From: an uncultured Actinomycetota bacterium
GTDB taxonomy: Bacteria > Actinomycetota > Actinomycetes > Mycobacteriales > QHCD01
Assembly (NCBI GenBank): GCA_963775655.1
Contig: CAVZJT010000010.1
Span: 192,270-256,269, forward strand
Length of the DNA: 64,000 bases
Reading direction: 5' to 3'
The position numbers were made by a program, and so were the translations under genes. How positions within the stretch are numbered: position 1 is the stretch's first letter; the number at the start of each line of letters is the position of its first letter. The notes under the pieces are model-generated. The model was not told where the DNA came from. It saw only the letters and a program-made list of their open reading frames with translations, and searched no databases. Positions 53,754-63,181 of the stretch are shown one piece after another.

Positions 53754-56114
53754 ATGGCACACCTGACGGGCCGTCCGGAGCCACTGCCGGCGGCCGCGGA
53801 GCTCCCCGAGACGCTCGGTTACCGGTTCAAGCGGCGGCTTCTCGGCCCGCCTCTGGTCACCCGGCAGATCCGCGGGGAAAAGCTCAGCAAAACGCTGGCG
53901 CTCGGCGTGTTGTCATCGGACTGCATATCGTCCTCGGCGTACGGGTCCGAAGAAATGCTGTTGGTGCTGCTCGGCACCTTCGGAATAGCCGGCTTCACGA
54001 TCCTGATGCCGTTGACCGGCGTCATCCTGCTGATCCTGGTGCTGATGACGCTCTCCTATCGCGAGGTCGTCACCGTCTACACCAAGGCGGGCGGGTCGTA
54101 CGTCGTCGCGCGGGAGAACTTCGGCCCGCGGGTCGCCCAGGTCGCCGCCGTGGCGTTGATGGTCGACTACGTCGTCACCGTCGCGGTGCAGTCGGCGGCG
54201 GGCACGGCGGCGGTGATCTCCGCCATCCCGGCGCTCAATTCGTACAACCTCGAGATCACGCTCGGCGTCGTACTCGTGCTCTGCTACGGCAATCTGCGCG
54301 GCCTCCGTGAGGCGGGCCGGGCGTTCGCCTTCCCGACCTATTTCTTCATCGGGTCGATGGCGGTCGTGATGATCACCGGCCTCCTTCGCGACCTCTTCGG
54401 TGATCTGCCGGTCTACACGCACAGCGCCGGCATGATCGCCATCCACGACAAACAACAGGCGCTGGTGACGTTCGGAGCCATCTTCATCCTGCTGCGCGCC
54501 TTCGCCAACGGCGGCTCGTCGTTGACCGGTCTCGAGGCGATCTCCAACGGGGTCAGCGCCTTCAAGCCCCCCGAAGGGCAGAACGCCCGGCGGACGCTCT
54601 CCGCGATGAGCGTCATCCTGGGCGCGATCGTCCTCGGCGTGTCGTGGCTGGCGTTCCGCACGCACGCGACGCCGTACACCGATGGTTCTCCGACGGTGAT
54701 CTCGCAGGTCGTGAAGGCGAGTTTCGGAAGTGGCGTTCCCGCGCACATCGGTTTTCTCATCGTTCAATTGGCGACGACGCTGATCCTCTACACCGGCGCG
54801 AATACGCCGTTCAACGGGTTTCCGTTCCTGGCCAGCTTCGTCGCCGAGGACTCCTTCCTGCCGCGCCAGCTCACCCGTCGGGGCCACCGGCTCGCTTTCT
54901 CCAACGGCATTCTGATCCTTGCGGCGCTGGCGATCGCTCTGCTCCTGGCCACCGGCGCCCACGTCGACACCTTGGTGCCGTTCTATGCGATCGGTGTCTT
55001 CACCGGTTTCACCATGGCCGGCTTCGGTATGGCTCGCTACCACCGGACGCATCACGAGCCGGGCTGGCGACGACGCCTCGCGATCAACGCCGCCGGCGGT
55101 GGCGCGTCCGCCCTCGTCGTCCTCATCTTCGCCGTCGTGAAGTTCACCGAAGGGGCCTGGGTGATCCTGGTGCTCTTCCCGATCCTCGTGGTGGCTCTGA
55201 TCCGGCTCAACGGCAAGTACCGCGCCGAGGCGCGGGCCCTCGATCTCACCGCCGGCATCACCACCGCGCCACCGAACTTCCCCGGCCTGGTGGTGCTCCT
55301 CCTCGTCGACCGGCTCGATCTCGCCGTGATCCGCGCACTCCGCTATGCGGGCGGCCTGCACGCGACCGAAGTCCGTGCCGTCCATTTCATGGTGGACGAC
55401 ACCGCCGCAGCCGACCTGCAACGGGAATGGGTGTCGCGGGGACTAGCCGAGCGGGTGTCGCTCGAGATCGTCGAATGCCCGGATCGCCGACTGCTCCGAG
55501 CGGTCGAGGAACTCGTCGACCGCACGGTCGCCCAGGACCGGACCGAGGTGACCGTGGTCCTGCCCCGGCGTACCTATTCGCGACTGCTCGGTCGCCTGCT
55601 GCACGACCGGACCGCCAACGCGATTGCGGCGCAGGTCAGCCGGATGCGGCACGTGTCGGCGACGATCGTGCCGTTCGACACCACGCTGCCCCCCGACGTC
55701 GAGCAACACCTGGTACGGCGGGCGGAGGGTCGCACGCGACCCGTTTCCGCCCGACCGCAGGCGCCGCAGCCCGACCTTCCCGACGACTACGCCGACCTCG
55801 CGGTCGACGGGCCGCGGGAGGCGCAGGACGGAACGACCCTGATCGCCGATGCAGGCTGGCGCGAGCGGGTCTGCGTCGAGGGTCGCATCCGGTCGGTGCA
55901 GGAGGGCTCCGCCGCCGGCCAGTCGATGGAATGCCAACTGGTCGACACCAGCGGCGGCGTCCGCCTGCTGTTCTTCGGTCAGCAGCGGATCCCGGGCCTC
56001 ACCCCCGGCACCTGGGTCCGGGCCGAAGGGACGGTGGGTAGGTACAAGGGTCACCTGGCCATCGCCAACCCCGAATACACCTTGCTCCCGGACGATCCGC
56101 CGGCCGACGACTAG
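53754..56114 (+). CDS. APC-superfamily permease with a cytoplasmic C-domain fused to an OB-fold domain
   Basis: ATG at 53754 after GGGAG. 786 aa with about 12 TM segments (SSAYGSEEML, LTGLEAISNG), an Rv2690c-type C-domain (VDRLDLAVIRALRYA...VVLPRR), and a terminal OB-fold (RVCVEGRIRSV...LLFFGQQRIPGLTPGTWVRAEGTVGRYKGHLAIANPEYTLL). Confidence 0.75.
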   Translation: MAHLTGRPEPLPAAAELPETLGYRFKRRLLGPPLVTRQIRGEKLSKTLALGVLSSDCISSSAYGSEEMLLVLLGTFGIAGFTILMPLTGVILLILVLMTLSYREVVTVYTKAGGSYVVARENFGPRVAQVAAVALMVDYVVTVAVQSAAGTAAVISAIPALNSYNLEITLGVVLVLCYGNLRGLREAGRAFAFPTYFFIGSMAVVMITGLLRDLFGDLPVYTHSAGMIAIHDKQQALVTFGAIFILLRAFANGGSSLTGLEAISNGVSAFKPPEGQNARRTLSAMSVILGAIVLGVSWLAFRTHATPYTDGSPTVISQVVKASFGSGVPAHIGFLIVQLATTLILYTGANTPFNGFPFLASFVAEDSFLPRQLTRRGHRLAFSNGILILAALAIALLLATGAHVDTLVPFYAIGVFTGFTMAGFGMARYHRTHHEPGWRRRLAINAAGGGASALVVLIFAVVKFTEGAWVILVLFPILVVALIRLNGKYRAEARALDLTAGITTAPPNFPGLVVLLLVDRLDLAVIRALRYAGGLHATEVRAVHFMVDDTAAADLQREWVSRGLAERVSLEIVECPDRRLLRAVEELVDRTVAQDRTEVTVVLPRRTYSRLLGRLLHDRTANAIAAQVSRMRHVSATIVPFDTTLPPDVEQHLVRRAEGRTRPVSARPQAPQPDLPDDYADLAVDGPREAQDGTTLIADAGWRERVCVEGRIRSVQEGSAAGQSMECQLVDTSGGVRLLFFGQQRIPGLTPGTWVRAEGTVGRYKGHLAIANPEYTLLPDDPPADD

Positions 56115-56692
56115 AGCTCCGGGCCGCGGGTGCGCACCTCGTCGACGGCGGTCATCGCTTCGCGGAGCTCGGCGAGCCAGCCATCGGCGTGCTCGCCGAC
56201 CAGCCGCACACACCAGACCAAGGCCTCCGAGCGCGACCGCGCCACGCCGGAATCGACCAGGGTGTCGAGGACCTGGCGCTCGGGCTGACGGAGCCGGGTC
56301 ATCACCGGAACGGCGGCCGTGGTGAACAGCTGACGGGTCTCGCCCACCTCAGCGCCCCAGGCGACCTTGCGGGCGTAGCGCGCCTCGGCCTCCCGCGCGA
56401 TCGCGATCCGCTCGTCGCGGGTCTCCTCGCGGAATCTGCTGATCCGACCGGCTTCGGCGGCCGCCCGGGCCTCCGGTGTGGCGTCGCTCGACACGTCCGG
56501 GGGGTCGAGCCGGCCGACCACGACGACCTCGTCGCGATCGCTCGTCACCGTCGGCGCACCGGCGAACCACGCGTCGGGCAACCGACCGGCGAACCACGCC
56601 GGGGCATCCCCCACCGGTGGTAGATCGACGTGCTGCGGACGGCCGCCCCGCCCGCCGGCCCAAGGGGGACCGGACCATCGTCCTCGTGGCAT
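56111..56692 (-). CDS. Hypothetical protein with a C-terminal ribbon-helix-helix-like segment
   Basis: ATG at 56692, 8 nt after GAAGGAG. 193 aa. VMTRLRQPERQVLDTLVDSGVARSRSEALVWCVRLV resembles a CopG/Arc-type RHH. Confidence 0.55.
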   Translation of the reverse strand: MPRGRWSGPPWAGGRGGRPQHVDLPPVGDAPAWFAGRLPDAWFAGAPTVTSDRDEVVVVGRLDPPDVSSDATPEARAAAEAGRISRFREETRDERIAIAREAEARYARKVAWGAEVGETRQLFTTAAVPVMTRLRQPERQVLDTLVDSGVARSRSEALVWCVRLVGEHADGWLAELREAMTAVDEVRTRGPEL

Positions 56693-56976
56693 CCTGCTCA
56701 CTCCTTCAGTCGATGATTACATCATTACTCCCTTACTCGACCTTCACAAGCAAGCGGGATACGCCGACGGCGAACCTCCGGTAATTACACGATGCGTAGT
56801 AGGGCGCTCACCGACCGCCGAAGAAGTCGATCTCGGTTTGACACGGCCAGTTGGCCCACGGAGGCTGACTCCATTCACATCGTCCTCCCCGGACATTCAC
56901 GCGGATCGCGGCCGTCGCAGCATGCCGGTCGCCCGCCCCGGGAAAGGAAGGGCGTTCGGGGCAGGGAGCACGCGGA

Positions 56977-58794
56977 ATGGCACGACACGCAGCGGCGAAA
57001 CATGGAGCGCCTTCGCGCTGGCCGCGTCGCGCCAAGATCATCGCACCGCTTGTCGTCCTCATCGTCATCGCCGGTGCCATCACCGCTTTCGCTCTCGGTC
57101 GTACGCAGGGCCACCCGCAGGCGGCGGCCCCTCCGACGGGTCCCTGCGCGCTCGGGACGATCCGGCTGTCGGTCGGCGCCGATCCGGACGCGGTGGGGTG
57201 GCTCCGCGATCTCGCCGGTCGCTATACAGCCGCCCGGCACGAGGTCAACCACCAGTGCATCACTCCCGAGGTCGCTCCCCTCTCCACCGCGGACGCCGGG
57301 CTCGCGCTGCGGACGACGCCGGTGCTCGGCTCGACCCCTCCCGCGGTCTGGGTGCCGGAGTCGACGACGGCGCTGAACCTCGTCCGCGCGACCCCCGCCA
57401 GTGCGGCGGTGCTGCCGGCCACCGCGCCGTCCATCGCCACCTCTCCCATGGTGCTGGCGACGACCGCCGACGCCACCCAGGCGATCCAGGCCGCCGGGCG
57501 CGGCCCGGCACTGGCCAAGGCAGTCCTGCGGGCGGCCACTGATCCGCACGGGTGGGGGGCTCTGGGCCATCCGGACTGGGGGGTGATGCACCTCAGCGTT
57601 CCCGACCCGGAGACGACCGACGCCGGCCTGGCGACGATCTCGGCGGCCGCCGCGACCGTCGCGGGCGTCGCGCCGCCGGACCTGTCGAAGACGATGTTCA
57701 CCTCCTCGTCGGTCCAAGGTGGACTGCGTGCCCTGAACGGGGTGACCAGCACCGACCAGGACAGCGATGCGCTGCTGTCCGCCGCCCGCAAGGCCACCTC
57801 CGAGGACTCGCTGCGCAGCAGCCTCGGCCTCCTCACCGTCCCCGAGCAGGACGTCTGGCGTTACAACGCCGCATCACCCAAGGTGCCGCTGCACGCGAGC
57901 TACCCGTGGGACGGGTCGCTCGGCACCGACTACCCGTTCGTCACCACCCACGGGCAGTGGATGGACCCCCAGACCAACAAGGCGGCGACGGACTTCGAGA
58001 ACTGGCTGCGCAGTGCGCCGGCTCAGGACCAGCTGGCTCGGGCCGGGCTGCGGCACGCGGACGGGTCCCCCGGTGCCCTGCGCGGCACCGGGATCTCGAA
58101 GGCCACCTTCGCTCCCACCCCGCTGCACGGCGAGGGTGCGGCGGCCGCCGGGCGGACCGCGTGGGCGCTGATCACCCGCCGGGTCTCCGTTCTCGGCCTC
58201 ATCGACGTGTCGGGATCGATGTCGGAGGTCGTCCAGCCCGACGGCCAGACCAAGCTCGACCTCGCCCGGGCGGCCGCGTCCGGGTCGCTCAATCTCTTCT
58301 CCTCGAGTGACCAGATCGGGCTGTGGGAGTTTTCGACCGCGCTCGACGGCTCCCGGCCCTACAAGGAACTCGTGCCGCTCGGGCCGGTCGACGAGAAGAT
58401 CGGCGGCGTGGATCGCAGAGACGCGTCCGCGACGGCGTACAAGTCGCTCAAGGCCACCGGCGGCACGGCGCTCTACGCCTCGGTGCTCGCGGCCGACGAC
58501 GCGGCCAAGAACAACTACGTGACCCATGGCGTCAACACGGTCGTGCTGCTCACCGACGGCCGCAACGAGGATGCCTCGGGCGGACCGGACCTGCCGACGC
58601 TGTTGAGCGACCTGCAGCAGACCGCCCACAGCGAGACGCCGGTGCACGTGATCACGATCGCTTACGGCAAGGACGCCGATACCGACGCGCTCGCCAAGAT
58701 CGCCAAGGCGTCGGGCGGGAAATCGTTCGTCGCACCCGATCCGAGCACGATCGACGACGTCTTCATCAGTGCCCTCGGCGCCGTCGGTTCCTGA
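56977..58794 (+). CDS. Membrane-anchored substrate-binding-like plus von Willebrand factor A domain protein
   Basis: 605 aa. N-terminal TM helix. C-terminal VWA domain with MIDAS DVSGSMS...TALYAS...LLTDGRNED. Confidence 0.75.
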   Translation: MARHAAAKHGAPSRWPRRAKIIAPLVVLIVIAGAITAFALGRTQGHPQAAAPPTGPCALGTIRLSVGADPDAVGWLRDLAGRYTAARHEVNHQCITPEVAPLSTADAGLALRTTPVLGSTPPAVWVPESTTALNLVRATPASAAVLPATAPSIATSPMVLATTADATQAIQAAGRGPALAKAVLRAATDPHGWGALGHPDWGVMHLSVPDPETTDAGLATISAAAATVAGVAPPDLSKTMFTSSSVQGGLRALNGVTSTDQDSDALLSAARKATSEDSLRSSLGLLTVPEQDVWRYNAASPKVPLHASYPWDGSLGTDYPFVTTHGQWMDPQTNKAATDFENWLRSAPAQDQLARAGLRHADGSPGALRGTGISKATFAPTPLHGEGAAAAGRTAWALITRRVSVLGLIDVSGSMSEVVQPDGQTKLDLARAAASGSLNLFSSSDQIGLWEFSTALDGSRPYKELVPLGPVDEKIGGVDRRDASATAYKSLKATGGTALYASVLAADDAAKNNYVTHGVNTVVLLTDGRNEDASGGPDLPTLLSDLQQTAHSETPVHVITIAYGKDADTDALAKIAKASGGKSFVAPDPSTIDDVFISALGAVGS

Positions 58795-58885
58795 TCAACC
58801 GGCCCCCCGGGCCATCGCGCGACCGGCCGATGCGACCCGGCGGCCGGACCGATAGCGTCTCGCAGAACAAACCGGTCTCGGAGGT

Positions 58886-61800
58886 GTGGTGCTCGTGCGG
58901 GCATGGATCGATGGACTCGAGTCGACAATGTGTTTCGTCGACGGGGAGTCGAGCGGCGACCAGCCGCAGCAGGTAGTGCGGGTCCGGCTCCACGTCGAGG
59001 GCCGCGGCGGCACCCTCTCGGTGGCGGTCACCGGCGGCGGCCTGCTCACCCCCAGCCCGGTCGCGGCCGACCCGGCCGACGGTGAGCTCTCCGTGGAGGT
59101 CGGCGTCCTCGGCTGGACCGAGCACCCGGCCGGCATCGCCGTACCGGTCACCGCCACGGTGCACGATTCCGACGGCGAGCAGCTGGCCAGCCGCGACGGC
59201 GAAGTGATCATCTCCGAGCCCGGCTGGACGATGTGGATGGTGCCGCACTTCCACTATGACCCGGTCTGGTGGAACACCCAGGCGGCCTACACCTGCCGGT
59301 GGGACGAGCTTCCGGACGCCCAGGCGACCCGCGGCGACGTGCAGCAGGCCGGCTTCGACCTGGTGCGGGCGCACACGGAGGCCGCGCGGCGCGACCCCGA
59401 CTACCGCTTCGTGCTGGCGGAGATCGACTATCTCAAGCCCTACTGGGACGCGTTCCCCGAGGAGCGGGCGATCCTGCGGCAGCTGATGGCCGACGGGCGG
59501 CTCGAGCTGATGGGCGGCACCTACAACGAGCCCAACAGCAACCTCACCAGCGCCGAGTCCACCGCGCGCAACGCCGTCTACGGCATCGGCTTCCAGCGCG
59601 ACATCATGGGGGGCGCCCCCGAGACCGCGTGGCAGCTCGACGTCTTCGGTCACGACCCGCAGTTCCCCGGCCTCATGGCCGATGCCGGCCTGGCCAACAG
59701 CTCCTGGGCCCGCGGCCCCTTCCACCAGTGGGGCCCGATCCGCAACCCCGGCGGCGAGAACAAAGACGTCACCCGGATGCAGTTCCCGGCCGAATTCCGC
59801 TGGCTGTCCCCGTCCGGGCACGGCGTGGTCACGAGCTACATGGCCGACCACTACGGCTCGGGCTGGGACATGGCCTCGGCAACCACCCTGGCGGAGGCGG
59901 AGGCGTCGGCGTACCGCAACTTCTCCGAGCTGGCGAAGGTCGCCTCGACCAAGAACGTCCTGCTGCCGGTCGGCACCGATTACACCCCGCCGACGCAGTG
60001 GGTCACCGAGGTGGCCCGCGACTGGAACTCCCGTTACGCCTCGCCGAAGTTCGTCTGCGCGATCCCGCGTGAGTTCTTCGCGGCCGTACGCGAGGAGTCG
60101 GCCGGCGGCGCCGGGCTGTGGCCGCAGACCCGCGACATGAACCCGGTCTACACCGGCAAGGACGTCTCCTACATCGACATCAAGCAGGCACAGCGCGCCG
60201 CCGAGGACGCGCTGGTCGACGCCGAGAAGTTCGCCACCCTCGCCGGTCTGCTCGCCGGCGCGCGCTACCCGGAGGTGGCCTTCGACAAGGCCTGGCGGCA
60301 GTTGGCCTACGGCGCCCACCACGACGGCATCACCGGGAGCTTCTCCGACCAGGTCTACCTCGACCTGCTCACCGGCTGGCGTGAGGCGCACGACCTCGCG
60401 GTCACCGCGCGGGACAACGCGCTCGAGGTGCTGGTGTCCACAGTGGACACACGGACCGACGCGGCCGCCGACCGGCCGCTCGTCGTCGTCAACCCGTTGT
60501 CCTGGGCGCGCACCGACGTGGTGACCGCCCGGATCGACCTGCCCGGCCCGGGCACCCACGGGCTTACCGTCGTCGACGACTCCGGCGCCGTCCTGCCTGC
60601 GCTCACCGAGCACGCCGAGCACCATGCGGACGGCACGCTGCGCTCGACGAAGTTGACCTTCCTGGCCCGCGACGTGCCCGGCGTCGGGTACCGCACCTTC
60701 TGGGTGCGGCCGGCCGACTCGCAGGCCGCCGGTTGGTCCACTGTGGACGGCGTCGAGGCGTCGAGTGACGCCTACACCGTCCGGCTCGACCCGGCGCGCG
60801 GCGGCGGCATCGCCAGCCTCGTGGAGCGCGCGAGCGCGGCCGAGCTCGTGCGGGACGGGTCGGTCGGCAACGAGTTCCGGCTCTACGACGAACACCCCGC
60901 GCACCCGACCTTCGGCGAGGGCCCGTGGCACCTGCTGCCCCGTGGCCCAGTCGTCACGTCGGCCGACGGAACGGCCGAGGTCACCGTGGAGAGCTCGCCG
61001 GTCGGGCAGCGGATCACCGCCCGCGGGCGGCTGGCCAGCCTGACCTACACCACCGAGCTCCGGCTGCTCGACGGCACCGGCCGGGTCGACGTACGCACCA
61101 CCGTCGACGGCTTCGCCGGAGCCGACCAGCTGCTGCGGATGCGCTTCCCCGCCGACATCCCCGGCGCGATGCCGGTGTCGGAGGTTGCCGACGCGGTGAT
61201 CGGCCGCGGGCTCGGGCAGCCCGACGTCGACACCGCCGAGGCACCGTGGACTCTCGACAACCCGGCCTACACGTGGTTCGGGGCCGGCAGCACGGCGCGG
61301 GTGCGCATCGCCGACACGGTGCGCGCGATCGGCATCGCCGAGGTGGTCGCCGACAGCGGCGAACTGACCGCCGGGCACCTCGACGGTCTGGTCACCCAGC
61401 TCGGCCGGGTCGGGGTGACGGTCACCTCATCGTCGCCAGAGCGCGCCCGGTACGGCGGACTGGACTTCGACTCCAACCTGCCGGACGTGCGGATCAGCGT
61501 CGGTGGCCCGGGCAGCAACGCGTTCACCGCACAGGTGCTCGATGCCGTCGACGGCTCCTACGCCGCCGAGCTCACCCGGCAGATCACGGCGCAGGGCAGC
61601 GGGCGGGTGTGGGTCCCGGCGAGCCGCACCCTGGCCGAGCAGTTCGTGCCCAACGCCGACGTGCGCGGCGTCCGCGACCTTCCGGTGCTGATCGTGGCGG
61701 CGGCCGACGCCGACGCGACCCGGGCCGCCGTCGCGGATCTCATCGACGACCTCGCCGACGCCACGATCGACGTCACGCAGGATTCCGCGCTCCCCGCGGC

Positions 61801-63181
61801 TCCGGAGGGCGAGCCGTCGCTCGTCGACCGCACCGTCGGTGTCCTCAACCGCGGCATGCCGAGCTTCGTGGTCGACCCGTCGGGCGCACTGCACCTGTCG
61901 CTGCTGCGCTCCTGCACCGGTTGGCCGTCGGGTGTGTGGATCGATCCGCCAAAGCGCACGGTGCCGGACGGCTCGCCGTTCCAGCTACAGCACTGGAGCC
62001 ACACCTTCGACTACGCCTTCGTCGCCGGCGCCGGTGACTGGCGGAGCAACCGGATCGTCCACAGTGGACACTCGTTCAACCATCCACTGCTCCCCCGGCC
62101 GACCGCGCAGCACGACGGCACGCTGCCGGCGCGCGAGACGCTCATCTCGGTGCAGCCCGACACGGCGATGCTCGAGACGTTCAAGGCCACCGGCAACCCG
62201 CTGTCGCGCGGTGACTCGACGGTCGTCGACCCGCGGCGGCAGGTGACGGCTCGGCTCTACGAAGCGCACGGCAGCGCGACGGAGGCGACGTTGCACACCG
62301 TCGTACCGTTGGGCGACGCGCATCACGCCGACCTGCTGGAGCAGTCGGGCGCCGCGCTTCCCGCCGGCGATGCGGTCACGGTCCCGCTCGGCGGAGCCGA
62401 GATCGTGACCGTGACGGCGCGGCCGGAGTCGACGCACCAGGGCGACGGAGGCGTCCTGGCCCCTGAGCACGAGCCTGCGCAGCCGGTCTACACGCGCTAC
62501 TGGATGCACAACAAGGGTCCGGCGCCGGTGGGCTATCTCCCGCTGGCCGTGCACGTGCACCCGGCCGAGCTGCGGGCCGACGGGCCGGTGTCGCTTCGGG
62601 TCACGGCGGCGTCGGATCTCGTCGACGCCCCGATCAACACCCGGGTGCGGATCGGCCTACCGGACGGTTGGAGCGCCGACACGACCGAACAGCTGGTCGG
62701 GCTGGAGCCCGGTGCCCACACCGAGTTCGAGGTCACGGTGACGCCGCCGAGCGACGCCCGCGCCGGGCTGTATCTGGTCTCGGTGCAGGCCGACGCACCC
62801 GACGGTCAGGTCGTCGAGGATCTCGCGGTCGTGTCGGTCGGCGGAGCGACCGACGTCTCGACCGAGCTCGCCGCGAGCATCACCGCGGACGTGGTCACGG
62901 CACCCGCGGGCGAGCGGACCGAGTTCGAGCTGGCGATCAGCAGTACGGCGCGCAGCGAGCTGCACGGCGAGGTGGCGCTGATCAGTCCCTGGGGCACCTG
63001 GGAGCTGCTCGGTCCCGCGGCGACCGGGTTCTCGGTCGAGCCGGGTGGCCGGGCCAGCGTGCGGTTCGCGGCCGACGTCCCGGGTGGGACGCCGCCGGCC
63101 ACGACCTGGCTGCTGGCCAAGGTGATGTGCGCCGGCCGGGTCCTCTACACCGAGGCCGTGCCCTTCGTCGTGGTGGGATGA
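58886..63181 (+). CDS. GH38 alpha-mannosidase, large form with C-terminal NEW3-like domains
   Basis: 1431 aa. GH38 N-domain (MVPHFHYDPVWW, GGTYNEPNSN, WQLDVFGHDPQFP). C-terminal beta-sandwich repeats (LEPGAHTEFEVTVTPPSDARAGLYLVSV). The start could be GTG 58889 or 58895. Confidence 0.85.
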   Translation: MVLVRAWIDGLESTMCFVDGESSGDQPQQVVRVRLHVEGRGGTLSVAVTGGGLLTPSPVAADPADGELSVEVGVLGWTEHPAGIAVPVTATVHDSDGEQLASRDGEVIISEPGWTMWMVPHFHYDPVWWNTQAAYTCRWDELPDAQATRGDVQQAGFDLVRAHTEAARRDPDYRFVLAEIDYLKPYWDAFPEERAILRQLMADGRLELMGGTYNEPNSNLTSAESTARNAVYGIGFQRDIMGGAPETAWQLDVFGHDPQFPGLMADAGLANSSWARGPFHQWGPIRNPGGENKDVTRMQFPAEFRWLSPSGHGVVTSYMADHYGSGWDMASATTLAEAEASAYRNFSELAKVASTKNVLLPVGTDYTPPTQWVTEVARDWNSRYASPKFVCAIPREFFAAVREESAGGAGLWPQTRDMNPVYTGKDVSYIDIKQAQRAAEDALVDAEKFATLAGLLAGARYPEVAFDKAWRQLAYGAHHDGITGSFSDQVYLDLLTGWREAHDLAVTARDNALEVLVSTVDTRTDAAADRPLVVVNPLSWARTDVVTARIDLPGPGTHGLTVVDDSGAVLPALTEHAEHHADGTLRSTKLTFLARDVPGVGYRTFWVRPADSQAAGWSTVDGVEASSDAYTVRLDPARGGGIASLVERASAAELVRDGSVGNEFRLYDEHPAHPTFGEGPWHLLPRGPVVTSADGTAEVTVESSPVGQRITARGRLASLTYTTELRLLDGTGRVDVRTTVDGFAGADQLLRMRFPADIPGAMPVSEVADAVIGRGLGQPDVDTAEAPWTLDNPAYTWFGAGSTARVRIADTVRAIGIAEVVADSGELTAGHLDGLVTQLGRVGVTVTSSSPERARYGGLDFDSNLPDVRISVGGPGSNAFTAQVLDAVDGSYAAELTRQITAQGSGRVWVPASRTLAEQFVPNADVRGVRDLPVLIVAAADADATRAAVADLIDDLADATIDVTQDSALPAAPEGEPSLVDRTVGVLNRGMPSFVVDPSGALHLSLLRSCTGWPSGVWIDPPKRTVPDGSPFQLQHWSHTFDYAFVAGAGDWRSNRIVHSGHSFNHPLLPRPTAQHDGTLPARETLISVQPDTAMLETFKATGNPLSRGDSTVVDPRRQVTARLYEAHGSATEATLHTVVPLGDAHHADLLEQSGAALPAGDAVTVPLGGAEIVTVTARPESTHQGDGGVLAPEHEPAQPVYTRYWMHNKGPAPVGYLPLAVHVHPAELRADGPVSLRVTAASDLVDAPINTRVRIGLPDGWSADTTEQLVGLEPGAHTEFEVTVTPPSDARAGLYLVSVQADAPDGQVVEDLAVVSVGGATDVSTELAASITADVVTAPAGERTEFELAISSTARSELHGEVALISPWGTWELLGPAATGFSVEPGGRASVRFAADVPGGTPPATTWLLAKVMCAGRVLYTEAVPFVVVG

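Noticed and set aside
56111-56114. Convergent genes sharing overlapping stop codons inside CTAG (also TTAG at 8427-8430)
   Set aside because: It is real in the sequence but a trivial consequence of gene packing. No functional inference is justified.
58766-61378. 870-aa ORF on the minus strand
   Set aside because: It is antisense to the GH38 mannosidase, which has clear catalytic motifs. It is R/G/P/A-rich junk.
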